Below are positions 25,411 to 38,900 of a stretch of 64,000 nt of DNA, piece after piece. The notes under the pieces were generated by a model that saw only the letters and a list, made by a program, of their open reading frames with translations, did no database searches and was not told the DNA's origin. This DNA comes from Oopsacas minuta (Eukaryota > Animalia > Porifera), in NCBI GenBank assembly GCA_024704765.1, contig JAKMXF010000111.1, positions 1,747,627 through 1,811,626 of the forward strand, read 5' to 3'. Both the position numbers and the translations under genes were made by a program. The stretch's first letter is position 1. Every line of letters begins with the position of its first letter.

Positions 25411-28400
25411 GTGGGCATTTAAGAAGTACTACATAAAGTAGGGTCAGTTCAAACTCATGTTTCTTCCCCTAAATATAACTGAATCTCAATTATTTTGATA
25501 TTAATCAATAGATGAGATGTAAACGTGTATAACAATATCAATTTTATCCAGAAATATTGAAAATTATCACCCGCATCAACCTTCTAAAAATCGATAATTT
25601 CCGATATTTTTGTGAATTACGAGTCCCAACTTTGAACTCAATTTTGGAAATTTTTATCAACAGAATCGCCTCAAAATTTACAAATACCTTCTTTGGTATT
25701 CTATAAATCAATTCCCTTAAACAAACCAAGGGGTCTCTAGTACTTTATTAAAGACTTTTGTCATCTATAAACTTCTAATCTTCACCATTTTCCAACTGAA
25801 TTTACAAGTATGACAGCCTCCAGTAATTGTTTGTCATGTTTACAATATGATTGACTTCAAGTTTAGATAGTTACGATACGAAATTGGAACGGTCTATTTT
25901 TATCTTTTTGCTTTTGTGTTTGCTCTCATACTTAATATTAGTTGTTTCATGCTCTTCATTATTTTGTCTGACTATAACATATTTTCATTGATCGGACATA
26001 TTCATGATTACCATTGAGTTGTGGCATGCTCGCATTGCATTGCACTCTCTTCGGAAATGCTCCAATTGTTCAAAAACATCATTTACTCTCTCATTTCTCT
26101 CATTTCGATGTCTACAGTCATATCTTATAGGTGCGCCTGTGTAATTTCAATTCTACTCTTCATTGGTGGTATCGAGATGGAGAATGTGTAATATATGTAA
26201 TACACATACTACAGAAGTTTTCGTGCAGTATATTGGAATCATTCAGTGTGTAGAATTACTAAGATAACTGATATTTGTATGTTGGTGATAAATGGTTGGT
26301 GTTTTATGGTTGTTTAACTCATGGATTAAAATAGTTCTGTATATTAAACAAGGTAATAGGTTAACATAATAATATAGTGTAAATATCAACGTAAATAGCC
26401 AGCCAATGTATAAGGTTACTCTAGTTAATTATGCAATATTGAAATTCAAGTTGCAGAAATAAATTTCTATAAAATTATGAGAAGTGTTTGCGGCCTCCAA
26501 TCTAAAATAATCTGAAAATTGTATTATGCTCCGTCTAAGTTGAATGAGAATTAGCATGAAAAATGGTTATTATAGAGCCAGATCATGGTAAAATAATAAG
26601 ATACAGAAAAATAGAATGTAAAATATACATGAGAAGACTGGAGCATATGGTAAGGGGGAAATTATACCCGAAACCTTTCGCCGAAATACAAATATAAGAT
26701 ACTTTCCTCAAAATAGAAAATTTTGTCAGCGACAAAAATTTCAGAAATATGCGCACTAATGCTTACTAGTTAAAAATGGAATCGAATATGCTCTTGGACG
26801 AACTACCTTCCACGTATTGAATATTTGGTTAGTGACAGAGTAGCTAATGCTAAAACTGCTACACCTATCTTCGTCCACATAACTATCTGGAACGTCACAT
26901 CTAATTTGTGATCTAAATAAATTCAGGGATATTCGGGACTTACGCTAATTAGAATACAACTAACTTCGGTGAACATTTCTTTTAAGGAGCTGTTTCACCG
27001 TCAAAAGATATTTCAAAAGAGGCCTGACGCTCTCGTTTATCCTGAAGGCAGAGAGTACGGTCTTCACTCCTTTCCATTGTCCCGCAATTCCAGAAGTCGG
27101 AGCTCAACAGTCAGTCGAGTGGCCTGACATTCACTCAAATCAAGAAGTCTGAGCTCTCGGTCTTGATCTGCCTAAGCAGTCATCCTAGTGGTTTGAAGTT
27201 CGCCAAATCCAGGCTTCGCATAACGCTCTTTCTAGGAGTTTCAGCTTTCAAAAAATGTTGCCGGTCAATCATCTGTTTGTGTGAGGCTTTGCTTTTGGTT
27301 GCAGTCTCCCTGTTCAAGCGCAGTCTACTATATTGTCGCAGCTCTTGGAGACGCTTTCCATTTTGTTTAGGAGTCTGAACTCAACTCATATTTATAGTCA
27401 AATTTTACTATAAATTGATAGGGCTATTGATTGCGTCATTATGGTTAGAATTAGTGACTAATCATGATTAAAAGTGTCTAGATATCCGCCGTCTCCCTAG
27501 GCCGCAGCGCGACAATTTTATGCCTCATGTTAGCACATAGATTACACAGCTAAATTTATAGGCTCATTTTGCCGCTAGGCGACGGTGATACTCCACGCTT
27601 CATTACTCAAGTGATGAAATAGCAGAAATGGACAATGGATAAGATCAGGGCCGATGTTTGGTATACAGGGGTATTTTGGGCCTGCCTTGGATAATTTGAG
27701 TCGTGGACGAAAATTCTCACCTATGACGAAATTATGACGTATTTGTCACCGTCATGCATTTTCGAAAAATCACATTATTAGCTGCTCAGCCAATAAAACT
27801 GATAATGGTTGAAATTCGAATCAAAAGATATTCATATCTCTGACGCTGAGCGGAAGCACCAGGTTAGGCAGAATGAAATAGATGATGATCGCACTCCCGC
27901 GTGCTGCAGATGTGAGATCGCAGGTTGCTCACCAAATTTGACTAAACCTTGAATCCGTGAGAACTAAGTCTTGCTTCTCTTCCAATCCAAACCATAAATG
28001 AATAACACGACTAGTATCAAGTACAAATAATACTGAAAAACTATTAGAATATGTAACTCGAAGACAGATCTTACCACATTTTCTGTACTTTTGCCGAAAT
28101 TTAATGTTTTAGTATGCGTTTTACAACGAATATCAGTAATATACTTCTTTTGTGATGAAATGTATATTTGGATACTTGTACAAAGAATATACTTAGCATT
28201 TATTTACATTAATATATCAGATTATTTATCGAAAATCTTGCACAAATTCTGCAAAAATTTACCAAATTTCCGTATCTAGAGGTGACGTTTGGTTGCGGCA
28301 TTTAAATTTTCTGCTAATTCTCTCACTCGACCGGTGAAGTTCCTATATACCCCGCTTAGCGATCAATTGGACGTATTAATTTAGCTATTTAATACTGAAG

Positions 28401-29214
28401 CTATTTGAGGCACTAAGTTGTCGAGCCAAAGAATCAATTATAACCGAAATTAGCAATGACACAATTATATCACTGGATTTATTCTTTGTTTTTGTTGAAT
28501 TATGATATTTGAATTGCTTTCTTGATTACTTATAGATAAATACTAGCACCCTTCGCTTGCTAGATCGCTTGCACTACAACTTTGTTCCTTCAATTTAATT
28601 AACGTATGAAACAACAAATTTCTCAGTGCTTTTAGCAGCTACGCAACTGGATATACAGGGTATCTAATAAGTTCTGTTATACATTTTCGCGCCTTAGAGA
28701 GTAGCTATTACTATACTTCTGAAGTAATCTTCTAGATTTTCTTGTAGCATTTTTGGCGCTCTTTCGAATTATACCAAGTATATATCATTCAAGTCGGATA
28801 TCGACAATTCACACCGCGACAATTCGCACCACCGACAATTCGCAACTAATTTGATTGGCCAATTTGATATGATATTAGTTAATTAATTTGATCTAAGTAC
28901 ACGTAAATAATCAATTTTCTAATAATTATATCTGCACACGGAAAGTCCTAATTGGATAGATAATTCTAATTATGATTCCATGAATCCATTTAAGGATATG
29001 AATTCCAAAGATTGCTATAGTAAGTATTAAGTAAACACACACGAAGTAAATACTCTTAGGGCTGTATTTGGTAAAGAGGAATGTAGTAAACAGGATGTGA
29101 TCACCTGTGATATTTGCAATCCTCGGACATAAATAGAAATGACCTAGTTCTAACTCAGATTTGCTTTCTCATTAACAATCATTACATTTTCTCTTTGAAA
29201 TTATAACTTTACTA

Positions 29215-30659
29215 ATAGCGGAACCTCTTGATCATCCGACCTTTAGGCTGATCAAGTCACAAAGAGGAGGAGACAAGCTGTCCGAGGATGGATATGTATT
29301 TGGAGTGCAGAGGAGAGTTGGAGAAGGGCGGATTGGTTGTGTGAGCAAAGAGGGGTCTGCAAAGCTAGAGTTCATACCAAAGGGATGGTGATAGTCAAGC
29401 GCACGAATGAGCACACCCATGGACCTGAAGAGCAGGCAGCGGACTGCTATGAAGCGAAGGCAGGCATGAAGAGGAAAGCACGGGAGTCCCAGGATAGCAC
29501 ACACCACATAGTGGGTGAGAGTTTGCAAACAGCATCAGAGGATACTGCTGCTAAACTCCCCAAACTGGACAGCCTGAAGCGGACGATACAACGCCAACGT
29601 GCTAGTGTACTTGCAGCTCCAGCACAGCCTACCACTCTAGCAGAGCTAGCTCTACCAGCAGTCTACCAGCAGACAGCCAAGGGAGAACAGTTCTTACTCT
29701 ACGACTCTGGTGCAGACGATGTACACAGATTCCTCATCTTCGCGACACAACACAACCTCGGGATGCTGCAGCGAAGTAAGATCTGGCTAGCTGATGGCAC
29801 CTTCAAGACGGCACCTCCCTCTTCGCCCAGGTGTATGTGGTGCATGGACTCCGTGGAGGAGATGATCCTATGAAGACCGGTCATCTGTTACCGAGCCTGT
29901 TCGTGCTACTGCTTAACAAGACGGAGGCTGCCTACCTGAGGATGTGGGAACAGATCCGCCTACTGTGCCCACTTGCCCAGCCTCAACAGATGCTCCTGCA
30001 CTTTGAGAAGGGCGCGATTACCAGCTTTGAGCATGTCTGGCCTAACACAGTGGTGAAGTGTTGCTTCTTCCACCTCACTCAGAATATCTGGCGACACGTG
30101 CAGTCTGTAGGGCTGCAGTCTGCCTACACACATGACGAAGAGTTAGCTATGCGCATCCGGAGGATACCAGCCCTTGCTTTTGCCCGACCAGCAGACGTAC
30201 CCGATCTGTTTGATCAAGTGGCAATGGACCTCCCCTTACGCCTGAGATAGGCGAACTAGTCGACTACTTTGAGAGGACGTATATCGGCCGCACAGTTGCC
30301 AGCGGATACCATGTAGCGGTGAGGTACCCTATTCACCCGTGGAACAACACATCGGCACGCCGTTAGGACTCCTCCGTACAACCAACGCCGTAGAGGCATG
30401 GCACCGAAGCTTCAATGCCACTGTCGGCTGCCATCACCCCACCATATGGAAGTTCATCCTCTCCTTCAAGCGTGAGCAGGGCCTAGTGGAGGTGCGGCAT
30501 ACTAACTACCTTGTTGGCAAGCTGCCAACCAAGCGGAGGCGGTCCCAACAGAGTGAGGAAGCGTTGAAGACTCTAGCTCGTGAATATTGTTCTCCAGATC
30601 GTTCTAAAATGGAGTTCTTGCAGGGTGTGGCACATCATTCCAGTCTGGGAGCCGATTAA
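29215..30659 (+). pseudogene. FLYWCH + MULE transposase pseudogene (left arm, copy 2)
   Basis: Starts at ATA (probable former ATG) AEPLDHPTFRLIKSQRGGDKLSEDGYVF, with a 1-bp deletion near 29325. It has the same three frameshifts and Asp-to-His change as copy 1. Confidence 0.9.
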
Positions 30660-32059
30660 TATGTTAATCTAAAGGATTATCTCTAATCAATGTATTTGAG
30701 GATTAGATAGTACTTTGATTAACATATTAATCGGCTCCCAGACTGAAATGATGTGCTACACCCTGCAAGAACTCCATTTTAGAACGATCTGGAGAACAAT
30801 ATTCACGAGCTAGAGTCTTCAACGCTTCCTCACTCTGTTGGGACCGCCTCCGCTTGGTTGGCAGCTTGCCAACAAGGTAGTTAGTATGCCGCACCTCCAC
30901 TAGGCCCTGCTCACGCTTGAAGGAGAGGATGAACTTCCATATGGTGGGGTGATGGCAGCCGACAGTGGCATTGAAGCTTCGGTGCCATGCCTCTACGGCG
31001 TTGGTTGTACGGAGGAGTCCTAACGGCGTGCCGATGTGTTGTTCCACGGGTGAATAGGGTACCTCACCCCTACATGGTATCCGCTGGCAACTGTGCGGCC
31101 GATATACGTCCTCTCAAAGTAGTCGACTAGTTCGCCTATCTCAGGCGTAAGGGGAGGTCCATTGCCACTTGATCAAACAGATCGGGTACGTCTGCTGGTC
31201 GGGCAAAAGCAAGGGCTGGTATCCTCCGGATGCGCATAGCTAACTCTTCGTCATGTGTGTAGGCAGACTGCAGCCCTACAGACTGCACGTGTCGCCAGAT
31301 ATTCTGAGTGAGGTGGAAGAAGCAACACTTCACCACTGTGTTAGGCCAGACATGCTCAAAGCTGGTAATCGCGCCCTTCTCAAAGTGCAGGAGCATCTGT
31401 TGAGGCTGGGCAAGTGGGCACAGTAGGCGGATCTGTTCCCACATCCTCAGGTAGGCAGCCTCCGTCTTGTTAAGCAGTAGCACGAACAGGCTCGGTAACA
31501 GATGACCGGTCTTCATAGGATCATCTCCTCCACGGAGTCCATGCACCACATACACCTGGGCGAAGAGGGAGGTGCCGTCTTGAAGGTGCCATCAGCTAGC
31601 CAGATCTTACTTCGCTGCAGCATCCCGAGGTTGTGTTGTGTCGCGAAGATGAGGAATCTGTGTACATCGTCTGCACCAGAGTCGTAGAGTAAGAACTGTT
31701 CTCCCTTGGCTGTCTGCTGGTAGACTGCTGGTAGAGCTAGCTCTGCTAGAGTGGTAGGCTGTGCTGGAGCTGCAAGTACACTAGCACGTTGGCGTTGTAT
31801 CGTCCGCTTCAGGCTGTCCAGTTTGGGGAGTTTAGCAGCAGTATCCTCTGATGCTGTTTGCAAACTCTCACCCACTATGTGGTGTGTGCTATCCTGGGAC
31901 TCCCGTGCTTTCCTCTTCATGCCTGCCTTCGCTTCATAGCAGTCCGCTGCCTGCTCTTCAGGTCCATGGGTGTGCTCATTCGTGCGCTTGACTATCACCA
32001 TCCCTTTGGTATGAACTCTAGCTTTGCAGACCCCTCTTTGCTCACACAACCAATCCGCC
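29327..32059. repeat. 2.73 kb near-perfect palindrome, axis at 30693
   Basis: 30339+31047 = 30659+30727 = 61386. The apex is identical to that of copy 1 (offset 29338). Confidence 0.97.
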
Positions 32060-32066
32060 ACATCTC
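30727..32066 (-). pseudogene. FLYWCH + MULE transposase pseudogene (right arm, copy 2), 5'-truncated
   Basis: Mirror of the left arm. Homology stops at about 32066 (..DVADWLCEQRGVCKAR). Confidence 0.9.
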
Positions 32067-32498
32067 TTTCTCTTCTCACTCCACTCCTCTTCCCTCCTCT
32101 ATCATCTCCATTGAAGTGCAGCTATCATGGAAGAAGAACACTGGTTATGATGCGGTAGTGCACTTCTCTTGATCTTTCTCCTACAACTCTCTTATATATA
32201 TTATTTTAGTTTATCATAATTATTTATTCTCTATTTTTATTATATTTATCATTATTTTTATCATTATTTTATGCAATTAGTTTGTAGACACATGCATATT
32301 AGGCATTAAATATAGTTTATTTATGACTTGACTTGATTCATCTGACTTGTTATCGAATAGAAACCTAAGGGTTAATTTCCTGGCACGAACGGGGTGGTTC
32401 AAACTTCACGTGACACTTAATACCTGAATTGGATATCCTACTGGCAAGTATTCTCATGTCCCCATTTTGTAGGATAATTGTGTAGGGGTATAACTGAC

Positions 32499-32552
32499 AC
32501 TTCATACCACCCTATCTTTAGAAGTACTTCAAGAGATAGGGTAGTATGAAGT
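32499..32552. repeat. 54-bp hairpin
   Basis: ACTTCATACCACCCTATCT...AGATAGGGTAGTATGAAGT (one mismatch) around a central GAAGTACTTC palindrome. Confidence 0.8.
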
Positions 32553-33371
32553 TCATTTAATCATGACCTACGTGATATCATGATTACAAGTTAAAGAACA
32601 AAATATCTGTTACAGATATCATTCCGATCTATCCCAGCAAGGCCAATATTTAAAAGTGGATGACTAGTTTACTTAACCGAAACAGTACCCATCCAGAGAT
32701 TAAATTATCACTTATATTTACTGGATAAAGGTGTTGGCCAGAGTAACCGGTGGCTCTATTAAGTGGAGTCCACCGTATTATTAAAGGAATTTAAGTAGCA
32801 ATTTTGAGTTAGGCCAGCACAATGTGGGGAAATATAAGAAAGATTTTCCATAGAAGAACAGCTTCAAATTGTATTATGATAAATCCGGAATGATTTTATT
32901 TATATATTTTCCAAATGCATGGACAAACTCTTTGATTACAGATTGTGCAATCCATACTTTACTGCTCGTATAGTTCAAAAATTCAACATACACAAGTAAG
33001 CTACTCTTCCTTGCGGTACGCGGTTACGGACAGGAAGCGTCCTCATTAGGCATCTTTCGGGCGCCTAGGTTACTCCTAATCAACCGATAATTTGTGTTAT
33101 GTATTACTAAGTATCCTATGTATGTTTTGAAAGTCACTCTCTAAGTCGAATATTCACGATATGCTATTCGAACACCTGATTACCTCTGTAGCCGTTAAAA
33201 GTATACGAACTTTTGGAAATTTCTTTACTTTATGTACATAAATAACAACAAAAATTGATCATACAATGCTAAAAATCATATTCGGAATCAATTGACCAAT
33301 CAAATTACGTGCCAATTGTCGCGGTGCGAATTGTCGGTATTCCCATTCAAGTTGATGATTCCCAGAAAATC

Positions 33372-34400
33372 ATGTTAGAAGAAATTCGTTCAAAAATTGT
33401 CACTTTTCACGAATCTGGATTTAGCAATAGTGAAATTCTAAAAAGGCTAAAAAATGATAAACTCAATCCCATGTCGATCTATCACACAATAAAACGATAT
33501 ACAGAGACTGGGAGCGTGTCTAACAGGAAACGAGTTGGTCGTCCAAGATCCGCTCGCACACCAGCCCTGAAGAATAGTGTTAGATGTCGAATCCTGAGAA
33601 ATCCCCGGCGTTCAATGCGAAAAATGTCTCGTGAATTCTGTGTCAATCACGAAACGATGCGGAAATTGGTTGTAGAGGACCTAGGAATGAAGTCCTATAA
33701 GAGGAAAACGTACACCATCTTAACGACTCCATACGTCGTAAGCGACTCGAAAGATGCATACAACTAAAAGCCCGATTCGCTCCTGGGGCTGAAGATCAGA
33801 TTCTCTTCTTAGATGAGAAGCTGTTCACGGTTGAGGAGGCAAGCAATCGTCAAAACGACCGCATACTTGCTTCTCGAAGTCAGGATATCCCAGATAGCAT
33901 CAAGTACATTGATAGAGTCCAGAAGCCACTTTCTCTGATGGTATGGGCGGGAGTGTCGGCAGACTCACGGACAAACCTAATTTTTGTCCCCGAAGGAGTG
34001 AGAATAAACTCCCAGACGTACAGAGAGCTGGTCTTGGAGCCTGAAATTGCGTCTGCTGGTGAGAAGCTATTTCAAAACCATCCTTGGACTTACCAACAAG
34101 ACTCTGCGCTGCACATGCTTCAAAAGTATCCTAGGGTTGGTTCCGAGTGCAAAATATCGATTTCACAAGTAAGGATGAATGGCCACCATCAAGCCCGGAT
34201 TTAACCCACTCGACTATTTCGTTTGGGCAAACTTGGAGAACAGGTCCTGTGCGAAATCTCACAAGAGTTTGGTGTCCCTCAAAGTTAGTTTGTTGAGGGA
34301 ATGGCAGAAAATCCCACAGAAGGAGCTGCGAAAAGCTGTCCATCAGTTTCGGGGCAGACTAACGTCCGTAATTCATAAAAAGGGAGGTTATATTGAATGA
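33372..34400 (+). pseudogene. DD37D transposase pseudogene
   Basis: ATG at 33372 (MLEEIRSKIV), paired-like HTH, FLDEKLFTVE, YQQDSA and W.PSSPD.NPLDYFVW. The reconstructed spacing between the second and third Asp is 37; several frameshifts. Confidence 0.88.
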
Positions 34401-35928
34401 TATTTGTAATGTGTAATTAGGAACATAAGTCCTAAGAAAATGGAAGGTTTCATAGCTTTGCAATAGATAAATTTTGAAATAATTGGGGAATTGATATATA
34501 ACAGAACTTATTAGGCACCCTGAGGTACTCAGGGACCACACCACGGAGGGAATCGGGGGTAATACCCCCTCTAGTAAACTCTTTTGCCCCGGTGATGCCC
34601 CTTGGTAAACTCGTGTTTAATAGCGAATCCACCAGGATAATCATAAATTATCTGGATTGATCGTAGTCTAGTAATATTAACTTACTGCACACATTCACAA
34701 GTAGATCCTCAATATCATGTGAAATCACCCAAATCTCAGGTATGTACCCCGAATTCATTTAGAGACCGAGGTGACTGAGGTTGTAACTGTATGAGAAAGT
34801 ATTATGAGTACCGAACACACAATATTTCCTGATAATACGTTTGCCCAACTTGAAACACAATAATGCATTATTACATAAATTATATATTTCATATTTATCC
34901 GAAAAGTACATTGTGGCATGCAAATTCGTTTAACAGATACATATACCAAATGATTTCATGGTTCTATGTTACTTGACAGTCTAAGAGTACATGTGATAGC
35001 AATTATTGATTGTGGTCCAGAAGATTTGTATGTTCGGAATTGATTCAAGAAACGTGAAGCACCCAGTGCTGGCTTTGGGCATACAGGGGTATTGTGAGAC
35101 ATTTCTAATTTTGGACGAAAATATACGCTATTTGGAAGCTTTTACGATTTCAAAAAAGTCACATTATCAACTACTGCTGAGAAAATATTATTAACCAAAC
35201 GAGTACATGTCAATCCGCCAAATGGGCTGATGTCATGATTTTCACGGAATGCAAACTCCCCACGACAATATTACGTTATCATGACTGAACAAAACTCAAA
35301 ATTTTACCAATTACAAAAATTCGAGTATTTCTACATACCCAAGTTATGAAACATGCGTGTTGTAATTTCTCTGAAATTTTTCGTCTGCCAACTTTCCCAT
35401 GCTGTCTTCAATGTTTCTCAACCTTTTTCGAACTGCGGCACGCGTCTTTCATCTATATATTTTAAGACACATTTTCAAGGTAGAATTCAACTTTAATAAC
35501 CGGCGGTGCGAAAATTTACATATTTATGCAGTAAATATTGGAATTAATGAGCTGTTCCTATTTACTCTTAACACTTAGGCATCCTGAGGTCCAGAAACTA
35601 AGCCCCTTGAAAGAATCTACATTGAAAATCTCAACTATTGTCTGTCTGTCTCTATTGTTGTTTTGTGAATATAATGTAAACAAATTAGATAAATCTCAAA
35701 GTGTACGTAGATACTTGCTCTCAACGTTTACAAAGTTTGTTGACCTTGCAAATAATTCAATAATTTATATGCCAGTGAATTACATTGTTCTAAGTATATG
35801 TACATTATTATACTCAAAAGGACGTCAATTTGGAGATTAATGGATACTTCGAACTGTAATGCGAAAAGCTCATTGCGAAGCTACGAGCCTTAGGTTCGTA
35901 TTAAATAAATTGAATTTATGGTAGTGAC

Positions 35929-38900
35929 CACAGTGCCACGAAATGGCTAAAACCTGGAAGTAGGTATTAGGGTACTAGATAACGTATGAAACTATATTAT
36001 TGACATATGGGGAATCGTACCCAAGGAATCGATTGACGTAACTGGATTTTTTCTAAGTCTTTGGGTGTGAAAGTAATGACGTCATTGTCACATTCAAAAA
36101 TATTTTGATTTTTCTATCGATTTTAATTAAACCAATTTGTGAGTTATAAGTTCAGAAATTGAATGTTTTATGTTTTGATATTATTAACACTATTTAATGT
36201 ACATTTTTATAAACTTATGAGACCACATTTCTTGTTGAAATAACCTACCGTTCATTGAACTGCAAACTATAACGTATTCATAATTAGAGACTTCACCAAA
36301 ATATCTTGACAGCTCTTTAACTCAGATAGATCTGGCTCCGAATCGTTTTTGGTAATATTACGAAATGATGCTAATATTGGATCACTTTGAGAGATAAGCC
36401 TGACGAACACATCTTTAACGTTGTCCTCAAAGCTAAATTTTCTTGAGAGTCTCTCACGGTATTGCCAGACCAATTTATTGCAAGATTCAAGGCCTTCTTC
36501 AGACAAATCTTCTAAGCCAAACCCATCGTTATGATCTGCAATTATTTGTGGTGCATGGGCTAGAAGTTTATGTAAAGTTGGGGTTACATGTGCCCATGAA
36601 AAATTGATTAAAATGGATTCGTAAGTCTCTCGGCATACATTATCAAGGCCTTCAGTATCCACTTTCCTGTTGCTATTATACAATCTCAGGATAGCACTCA
36701 AATTATTAAAGATTGTAGTGGCAACTTGATGTGTCTCTTGAGGAACAACCGTCAATACCCAATAGAGAAAATCTTCCACAGTATCATCGCTACGTGTGAA
36801 GCATCTCCGAACAACATTTCCGGTTGTGGTGGTTCCTCCTTGGACTGATGGTGTGTCAATGGATATACTAAGTTTTTCTTCAATAAGGCTAGTAATAAAT
36901 TTCCTAGCCCCAAGAATTATTGGCGAAGTTGGTGACCATTGTTGAATAGCACCATACTGTAAATGGCAAATCAATAATAGGAACCAACTAAATGTTCTCA
37001 AATATGCATGTAGAGGAGAAGCTGATATGATGTCTTTTTCTGAGATCGGTTTGTGTGTTAAATTGAATCTTTGATTTGTTGGCAAAGACAAAAATACTTC
37101 CTCATCAACCTCATCAAATACATCACGTGCATCACGGATAGTCCTATTTATGGGAAAGCCATTTTGAACTATGCTAATATCGTGTATCTGTTGGAACGTA
37201 GCAGTACACATTTGACAATTAGCACCACCAGCACCGCTTAACATTTTTGCCATCTTTGTATCGAAATGAGATCATATGATCTTGACCTCTGTATTTCCAT
37301 TGTGTAAACACAAACCACTCTCTTCAATAGTTGAAGTTTCGTTATTTATTAATGAGTCCATCAAAAACTTGACACTCTCTTCATTTTCTGGAAGGGCTAA
37401 GAGGGCAACTGGTCGAGTGCAAAATGGCGAATCTGGATGATGAGGTTTCCATAGGATATGATCATTTGCATTTATGATTGCATTAACCTTGAAACCAAAT
37501 AAAATGAAGGTTTTAGTCGAGAGGTCAGGGTTAGATATAGCTTGCTGGTAAACTCGATGACGCCCAGAGCCATCTAAGCCATCGGATACTCGAACTTTCA
37601 GCGGATAGACAAGGTTATCAGGACTTAAGTTAGATACAATTCGTTCAACTGTATGGGTGAGTAGTCTGGTGTAAGAAATACCTACTCCACATGGAAATTC
37701 TCTATGAATTATACGCACCTCATCCAGCAAATTAATTTGAGCCCGATGTCTAGCTAGACTATTGTAGCCTGGTAACTTGAGATCTTCAGATAGTAACGTA
37801 CACCGAAGTTCTAAATACTTTGTTTTACCGATCTCAAGCGAATCGAAAAGAAAGGCAGATTTATCAAGTGATAATTGTGGATAGATAGAAGATGAGTTTC
37901 CCTTCTCGAGTATCTCTTTACAAATATTGGCACTATTCATGTCCTGCTCCTCATTGCAACAAAGTAGTAAGAGATAAGTTGCAAGAGTCTTTGGAGATAC
38001 ATGCTCGTTTTCAGCGACTGATTCGAGGTGAGACTTAAGAGAAGAGAGCCGATTTCTCAAACCTTTGGTGGTTAAGTCAGCGAGCGATATCTTTTTGAAA
38101 GATTAAAGTCTCTTCAAAGTTAATGGTTAATGAAGAAGAGGCACTTAACCTAGGCTTCTTTGGCAGAGGACAGAAGCACATGGAATTCCAAGTATCAAGG
38201 CCCGAATAATTATGAAAAGAGGCTCTCTCTTTTTGAATATCATTGAACTTCAGACTAAAGAAATTTTGCTGATCTCGATCAAAACCATGAGTTGAAATAA
38301 ATTGGTCTGCGATTGAACGGGTGCTAAGTAATTTATGCTCACAATAAAACTGAAAAGCTTGAAGGTTGTTCATTTTCTAGATAATTAATATATTATTTAT
38401 TAACAATATTGTAAATACAGGGCAAAAAGTAAGATTATAATTATATATGCATGTTTGTTTTATGAGCTTATAAAATACATTCTGAAATCTAAGAATTAAG
38501 GAACTTTTGACGAAACTTTTTCTCACAGTAGAAGACTGTTGATTTTTAATGGAATCTTTGTAAAAATACGTGATGAGAACATTTATTTATATTAATTACA
38601 AGCTGAATTTTGTAAACACAAGCATAAAAATGTAAATAACTTCACGTTTTGATTATATCGCTAAGCAACCATAATATTTATATAAATTTTGAAAAGATAA
38701 TTTTTAAAAATATTAGATAAATTCAAAAGTTAATGTGATTGAAACCATATTTGCGCGAATTTTAGGGAACCTGGAAATTGTTGTATTTTATAAAGAATTA
38801 AAAATGCTGTCTTATAAAACTCATGACACAACTTGACAGAACGCGACAGATGAAGTTATGAGACTTCGAAGTTGAGTGACGACAGAAATCCAACAGAAAA

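Larger units (their letters stand above)
28795..33343. mobile_element. Palindromic MULE element, copy 2, complete
   Basis: TIRs CGGATATCGACAATTC... (28795) and ...GAATTGTCGGTATTCC (33343) carry CGACAATTCGCAC subrepeats. A 9-bp TSD CATTCAAGT lies at 28786-28794 and 33344-33352. Confidence 0.92.
28656..34522 (+). mobile_element. maT (DD37D, Tc1/mariner superfamily) element interrupted by MULE copy 2
   Basis: TIRs CAGGGTATCTAATAAGTTCTGT (28656, preceded by TA) and ACAGAACTTATTAGGCACCCTG (ends 34522; no TA follows). Removing 28795-33352 restores a continuous 5' UTR. Confidence 0.85.

Noticed and set aside
26930-27400. Coding-like, GC-richer segment on the minus strand
   Set aside because: There are stops in all frames and I recognised no family motif.
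1-32059. Idea that the two palindromes are a 29.3-kb tandem or segmental duplication
   Set aside because: The flanks are unrelated (Chapaev3 vs maT), and the distal arms and TIR subtypes differ; only the core is shared.
33309-33371. N-terminal extension MPIVAVRIVGIPIQ... of the 152-aa ORF
   Set aside because: It is read from the MULE TIR and TSD; the transposase starts at the ATG at 33372.
34523-34600. Possible new element starting right at the maT end, where the TA is missing
   Set aside because: No partner terminus or TSD was found; a point mutation explains it equally well.
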